Source: Antedon mediterranea
Lineage: Eukaryota; Animalia; Echinodermata
Reading direction: 5' to 3'
NCBI RefSeq assembly: GCF_964355755.1
Contig: NC_092672.1
Coordinates: forward strand, 31,936,437-32,000,436
Length of the DNA: 64,000 nt
Below are positions 38,252-49,916 of the stretch, in pieces. The position numbers and the translations under genes were made by a program. Under the pieces are notes generated by a model. The model had not been told where the DNA came from, did no database searches, and saw only the letters and a list, made by a program, of their open reading frames with translations. The first letter of the stretch is position 1. Each line of letters begins with the position of its first letter.

Positions 38252-38716
38252 TCAGCATTTACCTGGCGCCATCGGCGGTCCAAATGCTATTATAAGCAGG
38301 CTATAAGGGTGGGTGTGTGAGAGAGTGGCTAGGACGACGTTAACATCCCATCGAGGAATCAAGACCTTAACTGGAGGTCGTTCTCTGAACATTCCCCGTA
38401 TCATCTGAGTGATAACGGGGAATGACAAAATCGTGGAACCGTCTTTTAGTGTTGGTGTCACCGCCCCAATGGCGAGCCTATAGCCTGAAATGGTGCGGAC
38501 CTGAAGACCTGACTCAAATAGGTAATGCAGGAAGGCGCATACTTGACCAAGGGTAACCAACCCTGGTTCTATTTGTTGGCGCCTGCACCATGTAAAGAAA
38601 TGCTTTAATCGGCTATTGTAGACGGCAAGAGTAGATTCCCGACGAGATTTCGCCGCAAGGGCGGCAGGGCCATCTGGAATGCCTGAGTCTCGGAGCTGAT
38701 CCCTGAAAATGGCCAT
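38252..38716 (-). pseudogene. DIRS tyrosine recombinase, N-terminal fragment
   Basis: SRRESTLAVY..FFTWC..FLHYL..TISGYRLAI..PRWDVNVVL. The catalytic C-terminus is absent. Confidence 0.85.
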
Positions 38717-38719
38717 ACA

Positions 38720-40210
38720 GTTTAAGGCGCAGGGATTGTAGGTTCTGTAGTGAGAACAGAGCTCGGCCCTGCGTCAGCAGATCCTCTCGAACTGGAAGAC
38801 GCAGGGGATGATCGTAGAGCAGGTCGAGAAGCAGTGGATACCACACTTGTCGAGTCCAGCCCGGGGCGATCAGAAGGACCCGGCAAGGATGGCGCTGAAT
38901 GTGTGTCAGAACAGTTGGTATTAGTGAGATCGGTGGAAACGCATAAACCCATAGTCCGACCCACGGTATGGATAGGGCATCCACCGCCCACGCACGTGCA
39001 TCCCGAAACCTTGTGGAGAAGGTCGGGAGCTGTGTGTTGTCTGACGTCGCAAACATTTCTATATGAGGCCGCCCGAAGTGGTCGAATAACAGTGTGGCAA
39101 TGCTGGGTAGAAGGCGCCATTCCGTGTTTGTGAGGACAGAGCGTCCGCAACAATGTTGAGGCTGCCCGCATTGTGGGCAGCCAAGAGTGTGATGTTGTCT
39201 ACGCACCACAACATCAGAGTCCACAGGTGAAAGCATAACGTCGGGGACTTCGTGCCTCCTTGACGATTTATATATGCTACCCCTGATGAGTTGTCGGAAT
39301 GGATAAGGACGTGACGACCGGTCACGTGAGGTCGAAGGACCTTCAAGGTCCTTTCGACTGCACAGAGTTCTAGGAGGTTGAAGTGGGAGCGCGCCTCCTC
39401 GACCGTCCAAAGGCCGGAGGCGCGGAGTGCCTTGGAGCAACCGCCCCAGCCTGTCTTGGATGCGTCTGTCTCTATACGGACGCCCGGCAATGATTTTTGA
39501 ATTGGCATTCCCACAGTCAACCTGCCTTCTACCAGCCACCATTTGAGATGCGTTCGGATGAAGGCATTCATCGGACCACTTTGAGTAATGAGTCTAAGTG
39601 CGGTCGGTAATAAGCCAGCAGATAAAGCTGTCCTGGTCTCATACACAGCCGGCAATACGGAACTAAGGCGACGAAGCTGGCCAGACATCCTAGTGCTCTG
39701 AGCCATTCGTAAACCATCGGAGCACGAACAGTAATTAGATTGCGTACTGCACTCATTGCAGACGTTATTCATTGTTGGGATGGACACGCCAAGCCCGTCA
39801 CGAGATTTATCTGTGATCCGAGATATAGCGGGATTGAGTCTGCACCAGGCACGACTTTTCCCGATTTATAATGAAACCTGCCTGTTCCGTAACGATAAGG
39901 ACATATTGTAGACTGCTCATCAGTCTGTCCTTAGACTGGGCCACGACCAACCAATCGTCGAGATACATGAACACTCTTATGCCATGTTGGTAAAAGAATG
40001 TCGACAGCATTCTTACTATGCGTGTAAACACGCAAGGGCCGTTGGTCGGCAAAACTACGGATTGGTAAGTTGGTCAGGGATTCTGAAACGCAACCAGCGT
40101 TGATTTGCCTCGGCGATAGGGAAGTGAAAGTATGCGTCTTTCAGATCTATCAAGGCCGCCCAGTCTTCTCGTCTTAGCCCCAACAGGATGGATGAGGCTG
40201 TCTCCACCTA
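38720..40210 (-). pseudogene. DIRS RT, RNase H and Dam-like methylase, frameshifted
   Basis: IDLKDAYFH and MYLDDWLV (RT), ETDASK/NLLEL/HSDN (RNase H), IEMFAT..YAFPP (N6-adenine methylase-like). Confidence 0.85.
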
Positions 40211-43210
40211 AACCTGTGGGGCCGAAAGAACCGCTAGTCTAGACTCATAAGGTTCAGTATGGGTCGCCATCGCCCGTTTTTTCCTGTTAGGAAGACGGTA
40301 GACTCGTGTCCTGAGACAGCGCATTGTATGTCGACTTGTTCCACTGCCCCTTTTTGGGCAGGAAAGAAAGACCGTGCAGACGCACACAACTCTTTTGTGG
40401 CTCTGGCGGTATCCCTGTCGAGCGAGCTCCCCGCTTACTAGGGGGCTCGTAATGTTAATTAACATAATGCAATAGCTGTGTGTAATTGTGGAGAGAAACC
40501 ACCTGCTCTCCAGCAGGGGTCTCCCACACTCAGGCAAACCATCTTAGGCGAACCCCCCATTTGTCTGACCTTCGAGGGTACAGACTCCACCAGCATGTCA
40601 CCAGAACCTGCAATCTCTGTTACTTTGCAATCTTGGTGTTGAACGTGCAGCCCTGTCTGATCTGCCTCGTGCAGGATACAGATTGTGGGCGTGAAAAAGT
40701 CTGAATTTTAGACAGACTAGTGGTGGCGGGCATGGGAGCGAGCACAGTGGCACCATCGGCGTGGGACCAAAAGCTATAATGGTTGCACTCTCTTTTTCTA
40801 GCAACCTCATCAGCAGCCAACAGGGTACATGTGTACAGGGTGGCTTGCCGCTTCTGCTTAACTCATACAGTAAGCAGAGTAGCCTTGATTTGTAGGTCCA
40901 TGTGTTCTCCTTCAAGCTATACACTACTAGGGCGAACCTAGGTGCGTCAACTAGTAGCGCTGTCTGTGAAATCATTGTGGTTGCATCAAAGGCATACCAG
41001 TAGCTCAACACTGTGAGTACCTGCATTACTCAACAGGTAAATGCAGAAGTGCAATCTCGACCTAGGGTAAGCTAAGGTTTTACAAGTTGGCACTCGCACA
41101 GAATGTTTCTTATTGGCTGTGACAGACGGCAAGGAGACATACCCTGAAAAGTGTCAGGATCTGAGGTGCCGACACGAAATGCTCGAAATGTTCCTGCGTT
41201 AGAAGGAAGGCAAAAAGGCTCTCAATCAAAAGATTAAGCCTGTTGACAATCCAGGAGAATGACTGGATAAATTGGGGCCTTCCTGCACAGAGTTCTAGGA
41301 GGTTGAAGTGGGAGCGCGCCTCCTCGACCGTCCAAAGGCCGGAGGCGCGGAGTGCCTTGGAGCAACCGCCCCAGCCTGTCTTGGATGCGTCTGTCTCTAT
41401 ACGGACGCCCGGCAATGATTTTTGAATTGGCATTCCCACAGTCAACCTGCCTTCTACCAGCCACCATTTGAGATGCGTTCGGATGAAGGCATTCATCGGA
41501 CCACTTTGAGTAATGAGTCTAAGTGCGGTCGGTAATAAGCCAGCAGATAAAGCTGTCCTGGTCTCATACACAGCCGGCAATACGGAACTAAGGCGACGAA
41601 GCTGGCCAGACATCCTAGTGCTCTGAGCCATTCGTAAACCATCGGAGCACGAACAGTAATTAGATTGCGTACTGCACTCATTGCAGACGTTATTCATTGT
41701 TGGGATGGACACGCCAAGCCCGTCACGAGATTTATCTGTGATCCGAGATATAGCGGGATTGAGTCTGCACCAGGCACGACTTTTCCCGATTTATAATGAA
41801 ACCTGCCTGTTCCGTAACGATAAGGACATATTGTAGACTGCTCATCAGTCTGTCCTTAGACTGGGCCACGACCAACCAATCGTCGAGATACATGAACACT
41901 CTTATGCCATGTTGGTAAAAGAATGTCGACAGCATTCTTACTATGCGTGTAAACACGCAAGGGCCGTTGGTCGGCAAAACTACGGATTGGTAAGTTGGTC
42001 ATGGATTCTGAAACGCAACCAGCGTTGATTTGCCTCGGCGATAGGGAAGTGAAAGTATGCGTCTTTCAGATCTATCAAGGCCGCCCAGTCTTCTCGTCTT
42101 AGCCCCAACAGGATGGATGAGGCTGTCTCCACCTAAACCTGTGGGGCCGAAAGAACCGCTAGTCTAGACTCATAAGGTTCAGTATGGGTCGCCATCGCCC
42201 GTTTTTTCCTGTTAGGAAGACGGTAGACTCGTGTCCTGAGACAGCGCATTGTATGTCGACTTGTTCCACTGCCCCTTTTTGGGCAGGAAAGAAAGACCGT
42301 GCAGACGCACACAACTCTTTTGTGGCTCTGGCGGTATCCCTGTCGAGCGAGCTCCCCGCTTACTAGGGGGCTCGTAATGTTAATTAACATAATGCAATAG
42401 CTGTGTGTAATTGTGGAGAGAAACCACCTGCTCTCCAGCAGGGGTCTCCCACACTCAGGCAAACCATCTTAGGCGAACCCCCCATTTGTCTGACCTTCGA
42501 GGGTACAGACTCCACCAGCATGTCACCAGAACCTGCAATCTCTGTTACTTTGCAATCTTGGTGTTGAACGTGCAGCCCTGTCTGATCTGCCTCGTGCAGG
42601 ATACAGATTGTGGGCGTGAAAAAGTCTGAATTTTAGACAGACTAGTGGTGGCGGGCATGGGAGCGAGCACAGTGGCACCATCGGCGTGGGACCAAAAGCT
42701 ATAATGGTTGCACTCTCTTTTTCTAGCAACCTCATCAGCAGCCAACAGGGTACATGTGTACAGGGTGGCTTGCCGCTTCTGCTTAACTCATACAGTAAGC
42801 AGAGTAGCCTTGATTTGTAGGTCCATGTGTTCTCCTTCAAGCTATACACTACTAGGGCGAACCTAGGTGCGTCAACTAGTAGCGCTGTCTGTGAAATCAT
42901 TGTGGTTGCATCAAAGGCATACCAGTAGCTCAACACTGTGAGTACCTGCATTACTCAACAGGTAAATGCAGAAGTGCAATCTCGACCTAGGGTAAGCTAA
43001 GGTTTTACAAGTTGGCACTCGCACAGAATGTTTCTTATTGGCTGTGACAGACGGCAAGGAGACATACCCTGAAAAGTGTCAGGATCTGAGGTGCCGACAC
43101 GAAATGCTCGAAATGTTCCTGCGTTAGAAGGAAGGCAAAAAGGCTCTCAATCAAAAGATTAAGCCTGTTGACAATCCAGGAGAATGACTGGATAAATTGG
43201 GGCCTTCCTG
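39361..43210. repeat. 1925-bp tandem duplication inside DIRS
   Basis: 39361-41285 matches 41286-43210, with CTG microhomology at the junction. The ORF track repeats at offset 1925. Confidence 0.95.
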
Positions 43211-43869
43211 AGCGGTGTATGCACAGCAAGTGAACAACACAAGCAACGCAGGAATGATAATTATTATTCTAACCTGCAAAAACCTACCCGTGCCTTCCAC
43301 GATCTTCGCTCAGTAGAAGATAGTGTCGTCATTGTCGCAACCTGTAACAAGCCATGATCAATGACGAGGGAAGGCAATACCGATAAGTACGGCCTGAAGG
43401 GAGGAATATTTTGGAGAGGATAACGAGGCTTCAATTTGCCTCAAGAGAGCTCTCAACACTGTTGAAATGGCCTCCAGCACTGCAAGGAACCAACATTCAT
43501 CTTGCATGCTCAAAGAAGACACAGTGTTAGCAGGTGCGTCTGCAGCACAAATAAGCAATGCCTCAAAGATTGACTACTGTAGACTGTAAACTCTACAAAA
43601 ACCTCAGTACAGATGGTACAAATGTACCATGTACATGTAGTCGACCAGGCAACTCAATGAGCCAGGCCGGAGGTCAAATCTTAGATCAGAAAAGGCGAGT
43701 CAGTCGCAGCTGACCTGAAGGAATTTGCTTATATATATATGAACAGACGGATCGATCTTGGAGAGAGGTGACTATGACTCCTGGGGACCAGACCTTTAAA
43801 AGGTCTAGCACAATGTTAGGTCTCTTTGTCTAGTAAAACAGAATGCCCAGTCTTATGCAGCATGCAAGG

Positions 43870-44365
43870 ACTGGAACTGCTCCATAAAGGGGGTAAGTTT
43901 GTCCTGCAATATCTAAGTCAGGCCTCCCCTATCGAAATGTGTTGAACGATAACTCAGGAGGCCAGCCCAAACAGTAGGTCTAAACACTATGTTAGGCCAT
44001 AAGCAAGAACCGGAGCTGCTCCATAAAGGGGGTAAGCTTGTCCTGCAAATTCCAAGTCTAGTTCCCTATGAGATGTGGGAATGATAACTCAGAAGGCCAG
44101 CTCAAAAGATAAGCCTAATCACTATCTTAGGCAGTACACAAGAACAGGAGCTGCCCCATAATGGGGGAAGCTTGACCCGCAAGATTTAAGTCTAGGCCTA
44201 GATGTTGAATGATAAGAAGGTCAGCCCAAACAGAACTAGGCCTAAACACTATGTTAGGCCATAAGCAAGAACAGGAGCTGCCCCATAAAGGGGGTAAGCT
44301 TGACCTGCAAGTTCTAAGTCTAGGCCCCTTAAGAGATGTTGAATGATTAGGAGGCCAGCCCAAGC
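43870..44365. repeat. About four ~125-140-bp imperfect tandem repeats in the DIRS 5' leader
   Basis: Recurring GGAGCTGCCCCATAAAGGGGGTAAGCTTG motif near 43873, 44012, 44147 and 44274. Confidence 0.75.
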
Positions 44366-45219
44366 AGGACTCCAGGCTTACATAGGAGTCTTAGCCTGCT
44401 ACAGTTTTAGGCTTAGGCCCCCTATGCTACTGCAAACATCCTAGACAGTTGGCCTAGGAAAGCATATTTAAAGTCAAAATTATGACACTTCAATGAATCT
44501 CTAAACAAGAACAACTACTTAGCTTCGTGCGCATGTAGTAACAATCTCAGTAACTTTCTTTGCAAACAGCAAATTCACTGTGAATTGCAAGCTCTTTGTC
44601 AGACATGTTTACTCTTTCATGTCTCGAAAAGAAATGATGATGGTGAATTGTAGGGATGATCCCACTTGAGGTTTGTGGACTGTACCATTTAGAGAGAGGG
44701 GTGTTCAATGAATTTTCTACTTTCGAGTATATCTCGCTCTTCGAGGAGAAATATGGCATTTGTCGGTTTATCCAGGTAAGCTAGGCACGTAATAGACCAA
44801 ACAATTTCTATATGCACACTCAATACCACTGATGATGAACAACAAACCTGTGTTGTTTGAGAATAATTAGTAATTTACTTAAATTTGTTAATAATGTAAA
44901 ACTTATGAAATCAACATTTCTTAGATATGAACAAGATATAATATCAATTATAGTATCAAGTAAATAATAAAAGTTACTAAAATGTAACCAAGCATATTTG
45001 TTATTATTTATTTTTGTACATTCAACAAAAAGAAAGTTATTTTGAATGAGATCAAAATATATAAGTGTAAATATTAAGGCCTGACCACCTGATCATTTGT
45101 TTTGAAAGCCTGGGAATCAACTGCACATTACATGAAGATTATAAAACATAATTTTGCAACTTTAACTTTTTTGAAATATTATAGTTATTTATTAAACAAA
45201 ACTGTTTCTGTGACAATAA

Positions 45220-45700
45220 ATTGCATAATAAAACATCATGGAGGCTTGACAGTAAATAAGAAAATTAAAACCATATATGTGGCAAACAAGCAAATAAACA
45301 AAGTTTAATGTTGATAATGGAGACTTTCCTGGTTAAATTGGTGAAGAGGGTAGCAAAGAGGGTCAAATGAGGTGACCAAGTGATGCTGCTCTCACAAAGG
45401 AATGGAACCTGATTGTTGTAGATCATTTGAATAACATAATACAACTGTTTGATCCAAATCCTCATAGAGCACGGTGGAATAGATGGTTATGTCACTCTCA
45501 GAATATAGCCATAGATTATGATGAGAACATACTGATATCAAGTAGACACAAACTACAGCAATTTGATAACAATGGTGTTTTTATAAAACAAATACATAAT
45601 GATGGGTTACAACATTAGATCAACATAATACAGTATCTATGGACAGAGAGTAGCTGCGACAGAATATGGAGGAAACAGAGTCAAAATACATAATTATTGA
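45220..45700 (+). pseudogene. Decayed NHL-repeat relic (unit 4)
   Basis: Homologous to the other relics. Confidence 0.78.
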
Positions 45701-46463
45701 TAATGTATAATGGGTAAAATCAACATAATGCTCATTATTCAGCATTTTAGCTTATATATTGTAACTTTTATATTTAGTTTCTTATTAATTAAAATATATT
45801 AAAATTAAAAACTATATTTTTTAGGTAGTTTGTGAATAAAAAGTATATCATGTGATGGAATAGGTTTTAAATGATTTGTTATTGAAAATGTAAACATCTG
45901 TAAGACTACACTTGGATACAGTTTTGGCAAGGAGTTATATTATTAATATGGGAAATAACAGCTGTTATTAAATCAGTATGTTATCACCTATTTGATAATG
46001 GTTTCACCCACTCCCATTGAACCCACCAATAGAGGCAGCAATGTGATCAATAGACTTTATACTGCAAATAAGCACTTAATATACAAATAAACCTTCTTCT
46101 ATAAATTAAACATTATCCCTGCATTAGCCAATCAGCAGCAGCTACTGAATATTTTGGAAAGTCCAACAAACTATTTTTAGAATTTGATATTACTTCCTGG
46201 TTTTCTGTGCCTAGATTAGCTCAAATTTTACAATACTGGAATGTCTAGCTGCTTTTGTCACCTTTGTTTCTTATAACTCATTTAATCATAGTAAGTATTA
46301 TTATTATTAACTGTAAACATTTTTTTTATAATCGAAATAATCTGTACACTAATCCTTGCGCAATTTTAAATTGCACAAATTGTTTAATATATGCGCATAA
46401 CATAATATTAAGATATTTAATAGATAGCTTTATTTATAGACTTAGATGTTTCATTTTTTACAG

Positions 46464-48632
46464 ATGTCGGAACAAAAAGCATTACAATTCTTAGACAAGA
46501 ATGATCTTGAATGTGCAATCTGTCTAGAAAGACTGACAGAACCAAAAACACTTGAGTGCCTCCATAGTTACTGTCTTCATTGCCTGCAGAGTTTGATTAA
46601 AACAAGTGGCAAAATAAAATGTCCAAAATGTTGTAAGATGTACGATGACCTAAATCAATTTGATTTAAAAGATCTTACTACCAATGAAATGTTAAGTTAT
46701 CAAGTTAAATTTGTTGGGAATATTGAATCTGAAAAACCACCAAAGTGCTCAAGCTGTGATAACCAACCTGAATACTACTGCTCTGAATGTCAAATGTATC
46801 TATGTGGACAATGTATTAAACATCATAAAATCATTCCTGTATTGAAAAACCACCCATTGTACACACTGGACAAAATTCAAGGAGAAGGTAAAGATCTGCC
46901 ACATAAATGCATATATCACAGGGACTGCATGCTTGAATTTTATTGCAGAATTTGTCTTAAAAGTGGATGTAAGAAATGTGAACATGTTCTACGCTGTTAT
47001 CAAAATGAACATAATGTGATTCCATTCGAGACGGCTGTAGACGAGTTTAATCAAAATGCTACAGAAGTTAAAAAAAGTGCGGAAGAAATTAAAGAAAAAC
47101 TAAAAAGAACAAGGGAAAGCTTCATGAAAGAAAGATCCGACTTTGAATTAAAATTAAAATTATGCAGAACAGCGATTGAATTACAAGAAGAAAACATTAT
47201 TAAAAAGGCTCAGGAGAAAACAAGAGCAATGTTGATGGACCTTGACAAAATTGACAAAGAAAACAAAGAGCTTATTGATAATAGAGTTAAAAATATTGAC
47301 TCAAAGCTGTTGAAAGTTAATGAGATGTTGCCATTAATTAACACAATGATGAACAAACCAGAAGAAAGAGAAACACTTAGATCTCATGAGGAAAATATTG
47401 ATGCTGTTAAAGAAGAAACCCAGGAATCAAAGTATGATGAATCAATCAAGATAAAAGCTCCTACTTTCATTCCATCTAAAAACTTGGATAAGTTAATAGA
47501 TTTGGAAGGCATTGGTAAAATGTCAAATGTTGAATGTGCATATCAGGTTGCTGAAGATAAAGTACCTATTATAGTCACAAAAGGACAGCCATTTGAAGTG
47601 AAAGTTGTGTCAAGTTTAGTAGAAAGTGAGGAATCTATATTGGCTGCAACTTTAATTAATAAATCAGGTGAAGAATCAGCAACTGAAGTGAAATATCAAG
47701 GAAGTGGAGAGTACAGAATAACAGGAAGATGTCATAAAAAAGGAGATTGGAAGATGAAGATTACTGCTAGAAGAGAAGAAATCAAAGGATCACCAGTGAA
47801 TATCAAGGTGGAAGCGCTAGGACTTGTGCATACCACTGATAACATAGAAAAGCTTAAAGTACATAACAAGAATGAAAACGTATATGATGTAATATTAGAT
47901 AAAGAAGGAAATTTAATTGTAACTAGTTTTAGTAAAGACTTATTGAAGTTCAACCAAGAATGTTCATTCATTGGTAGAATAGAGATACCAGACAATGTAA
48001 AGGTTGTTTGTATACATCAAATGAGTAATGGCCAAATGGTGTATAGTGATTACCTAAACAAAACTGTTGTCAAGTGTGATGATAAATTTCAACAAATTTG
48101 TACATTTGGTAAAGGAACATTAAAACAACCAGGTGGATTGACAGTGAATAAGGAAACTAGAACCATGTATGTTGCAGATGGGGAATGTCATTGTGTGTTT
48201 AAATTTAATGTTGATAGTGGTGAACTTATTGGTAGATTTGGTTCAAAAGGTAGCAAAGAAGGAGAAATGTATTGCCCAGATGGACTTGCTCTGACAAAGG
48301 AGGGCAACCTGATTGTTGTAGATAGTCTAAATCACAGAATACAAATGTTTGATGCAAATGATAAGTTTATGAAAATTCTTGTAGGCAAAGGTGATCAAGA
48401 TGGTCATTTTCAATATCCTCATTATGTAGCTATAGATTCTGAGGAAAACCTCTTGGTATCAAGTAATAACAAACTTCAATTACTTGATCAAAATGGAGTT
48501 TTTCTCAAACGAATATATATTGACTATGGTGGATTAGATGACCCTTGTGGAGTTGCAATAATCTCTAAGAAGCCAAGAAGGGTAGCTGTAGCAATCTATA
48601 GATCAAACAAAGTAAATGTATATAATTATTAA
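46464..48632 (+). CDS. TRIM-NHL E3 ubiquitin ligase copy 5, intact, 722 aa
   Basis: Full domain set, ATG directly after acceptor TTACAG, 5'-UTR intron 46291-46463, and promoter motifs at 46128-46200. Confidence 0.95.
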   Translation: MSEQKALQFLDKNDLECAICLERLTEPKTLECLHSYCLHCLQSLIKTSGKIKCPKCCKMYDDLNQFDLKDLTTNEMLSYQVKFVGNIESEKPPKCSSCDNQPEYYCSECQMYLCGQCIKHHKIIPVLKNHPLYTLDKIQGEGKDLPHKCIYHRDCMLEFYCRICLKSGCKKCEHVLRCYQNEHNVIPFETAVDEFNQNATEVKKSAEEIKEKLKRTRESFMKERSDFELKLKLCRTAIELQEENIIKKAQEKTRAMLMDLDKIDKENKELIDNRVKNIDSKLLKVNEMLPLINTMMNKPEERETLRSHEENIDAVKEETQESKYDESIKIKAPTFIPSKNLDKLIDLEGIGKMSNVECAYQVAEDKVPIIVTKGQPFEVKVVSSLVESEESILAATLINKSGEESATEVKYQGSGEYRITGRCHKKGDWKMKITARREEIKGSPVNIKVEALGLVHTTDNIEKLKVHNKNENVYDVILDKEGNLIVTSFSKDLLKFNQECSFIGRIEIPDNVKVVCIHQMSNGQMVYSDYLNKTVVKCDDKFQQICTFGKGTLKQPGGLTVNKETRTMYVADGECHCVFKFNVDSGELIGRFGSKGSKEGEMYCPDGLALTKEGNLIVVDSLNHRIQMFDANDKFMKILVGKGDQDGHFQYPHYVAIDSEENLLVSSNNKLQLLDQNGVFLKRIYIDYGGLDDPCGVAIISKKPRRVAVAIYRSNKVNVYNY

Positions 48633-49094
48633 ATAGCACATTTTATATACTTGATCAAACTACCAGAAAAACAAACAATTTCTATATGCACATTCAATAC
48701 CACTGATGATGAACAACAAACCTGTGTTGTTTGAGAATAATTAGTAATTTAATTAAATTTGTTAATAATGTAAAAGTTTATATCAAATCAACATTTCTTA
48801 GATATGAACAAGATATCAAGTAAATAATAAAAGTTACTAAAATGTAACCCAGGCATATTTGTTATTATTTATTTTTGTACATTCAACAAAAAGAAAGTTA
48901 TTTTGAATGAGATCAAAATATGTAAGTGTAAATATTAAGGCCTGACCACCTGATCAATTGTTTTGAAAGCCTGGGAATCAACTGCGCATTACATGAAGAT
49001 TATAAAACATAATTTTATAACTTTAAAAAAATTTATTATTTTTGAAATATTATAGGTATTTATTAAACAAAACTGTTTCCGTGACAACAAATTT

Positions 49095-49616
49095 CAAAAT
49101 AAAACATCATGGAGGCTTGACAGTAAATACAAAAATTAAAACCATATATGGTTAAATTGGTGAAGAGGGTAGCAAAGAGGGTCAAATGAGGTGACCAAGT
49201 GATGCTGCTCTCGTGAAGAAACGGAACCTGATTGTTGTAGATCATTAAAATTACACAAACCAACAGTGGTGTCGGAGAGAGAGGCTTATGTTGGTTTATC
49301 CAGGTAAGCTAGGCACGATATAGACGACAGAATACAATTGTTTGATCCAACTGTAAAATTTATGAGAATTATCATAGAGCACGGTAGAATAGATGGTTGT
49401 GTACGTTACCCTCAGAATATAGCCATAGATTGTGATGAGAACATACTGTTATCAAGTAGACACAAACTACAGCAATTTGATAACAATGGTGTTTTTATAA
49501 AACAAATCAATTATGATGAGTTACATTTTCCTATAGGGATCAACATCTAAAATACCAAATAGAGTAGCTGTAGCAGAGTATGGAAAAAAACAGAGTCAGA
49601 ATATATAATTATTATT
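49095..49616 (+). pseudogene. Decayed NHL-repeat relic (unit 5)
   Basis: FDPTVKFMRIIIEHG..YPQNIAID..RVAVAEY..RIYNY* homology. Confidence 0.78.
49252..49325 (-). mobile_element. 74-bp mini-DIRS or relic retaining both termini
   Basis: Starts TACACAAACCA (as at 37491) and ends GGTTTATCCAGGTAAGCTAGGCACG..TAGAC (as at 44765-44797). Confidence 0.75.
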
Positions 49617-49837
49617 AATGTAAACAACTGGGTTAAAATAATATGCTCATTTTATCAGTATTTTGGTTGATGTTGTAACTTTCGTATAAAGTTCCTGTAA
49701 CTTTTTTTTATAATAGTAAAGTATATGACTGTTGTACTGATGTTTTGTGTTTATAATCTAATTAATCTGTGCACTGTAATTTCAGATAGGTTATAACAAT
49801 TCAGATTATTTACAGATTGAGACTTGTTATTGTTATA

Positions 49838-49916
49838 TTTTTTACAGATTTAGGAACAAAAAGCATTACGATTCTTGGACAAAAATAAAATCTTGAATGT
49901 GCAATCTGTCTAGAAA
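49838..49916 (+). pseudogene. Truncated TRIM exon start marking the array end
   Basis: TTTTTACAG-ATTTAGGAACAAAAAGCATTAC..CTTGAATGTGCAATCTGTCTAGAAA, with the ATG lost. Confidence 0.8.

Larger units (their letters stand above)
37491..44797 (-). mobile_element. DIRS1-type tyrosine-recombinase retrotransposon, decayed
   Basis: Inverted terminal repeats (~37517-37682 and ~44630-44797), an internal complementary region (37718-37816) matching both ends, no TSD (empty site ACCAGAAAAA|CAAAC), and RT, RNase H, methylase and YR fragments. Confidence 0.93.

Noticed and set aside
38722-39140. Dam-like methylase as bacterial horizontal transfer or contamination
   Set aside because: This domain is a known component of DIRS1 pol regions and is embedded in the element.
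46446-46463. N-terminal extension MFHFLQ on TRIM ORFs (also at 17537 and 35268)
   Set aside because: It is the polypyrimidine tract and acceptor of the 5'-UTR intron, and it is out of frame in copy 3.
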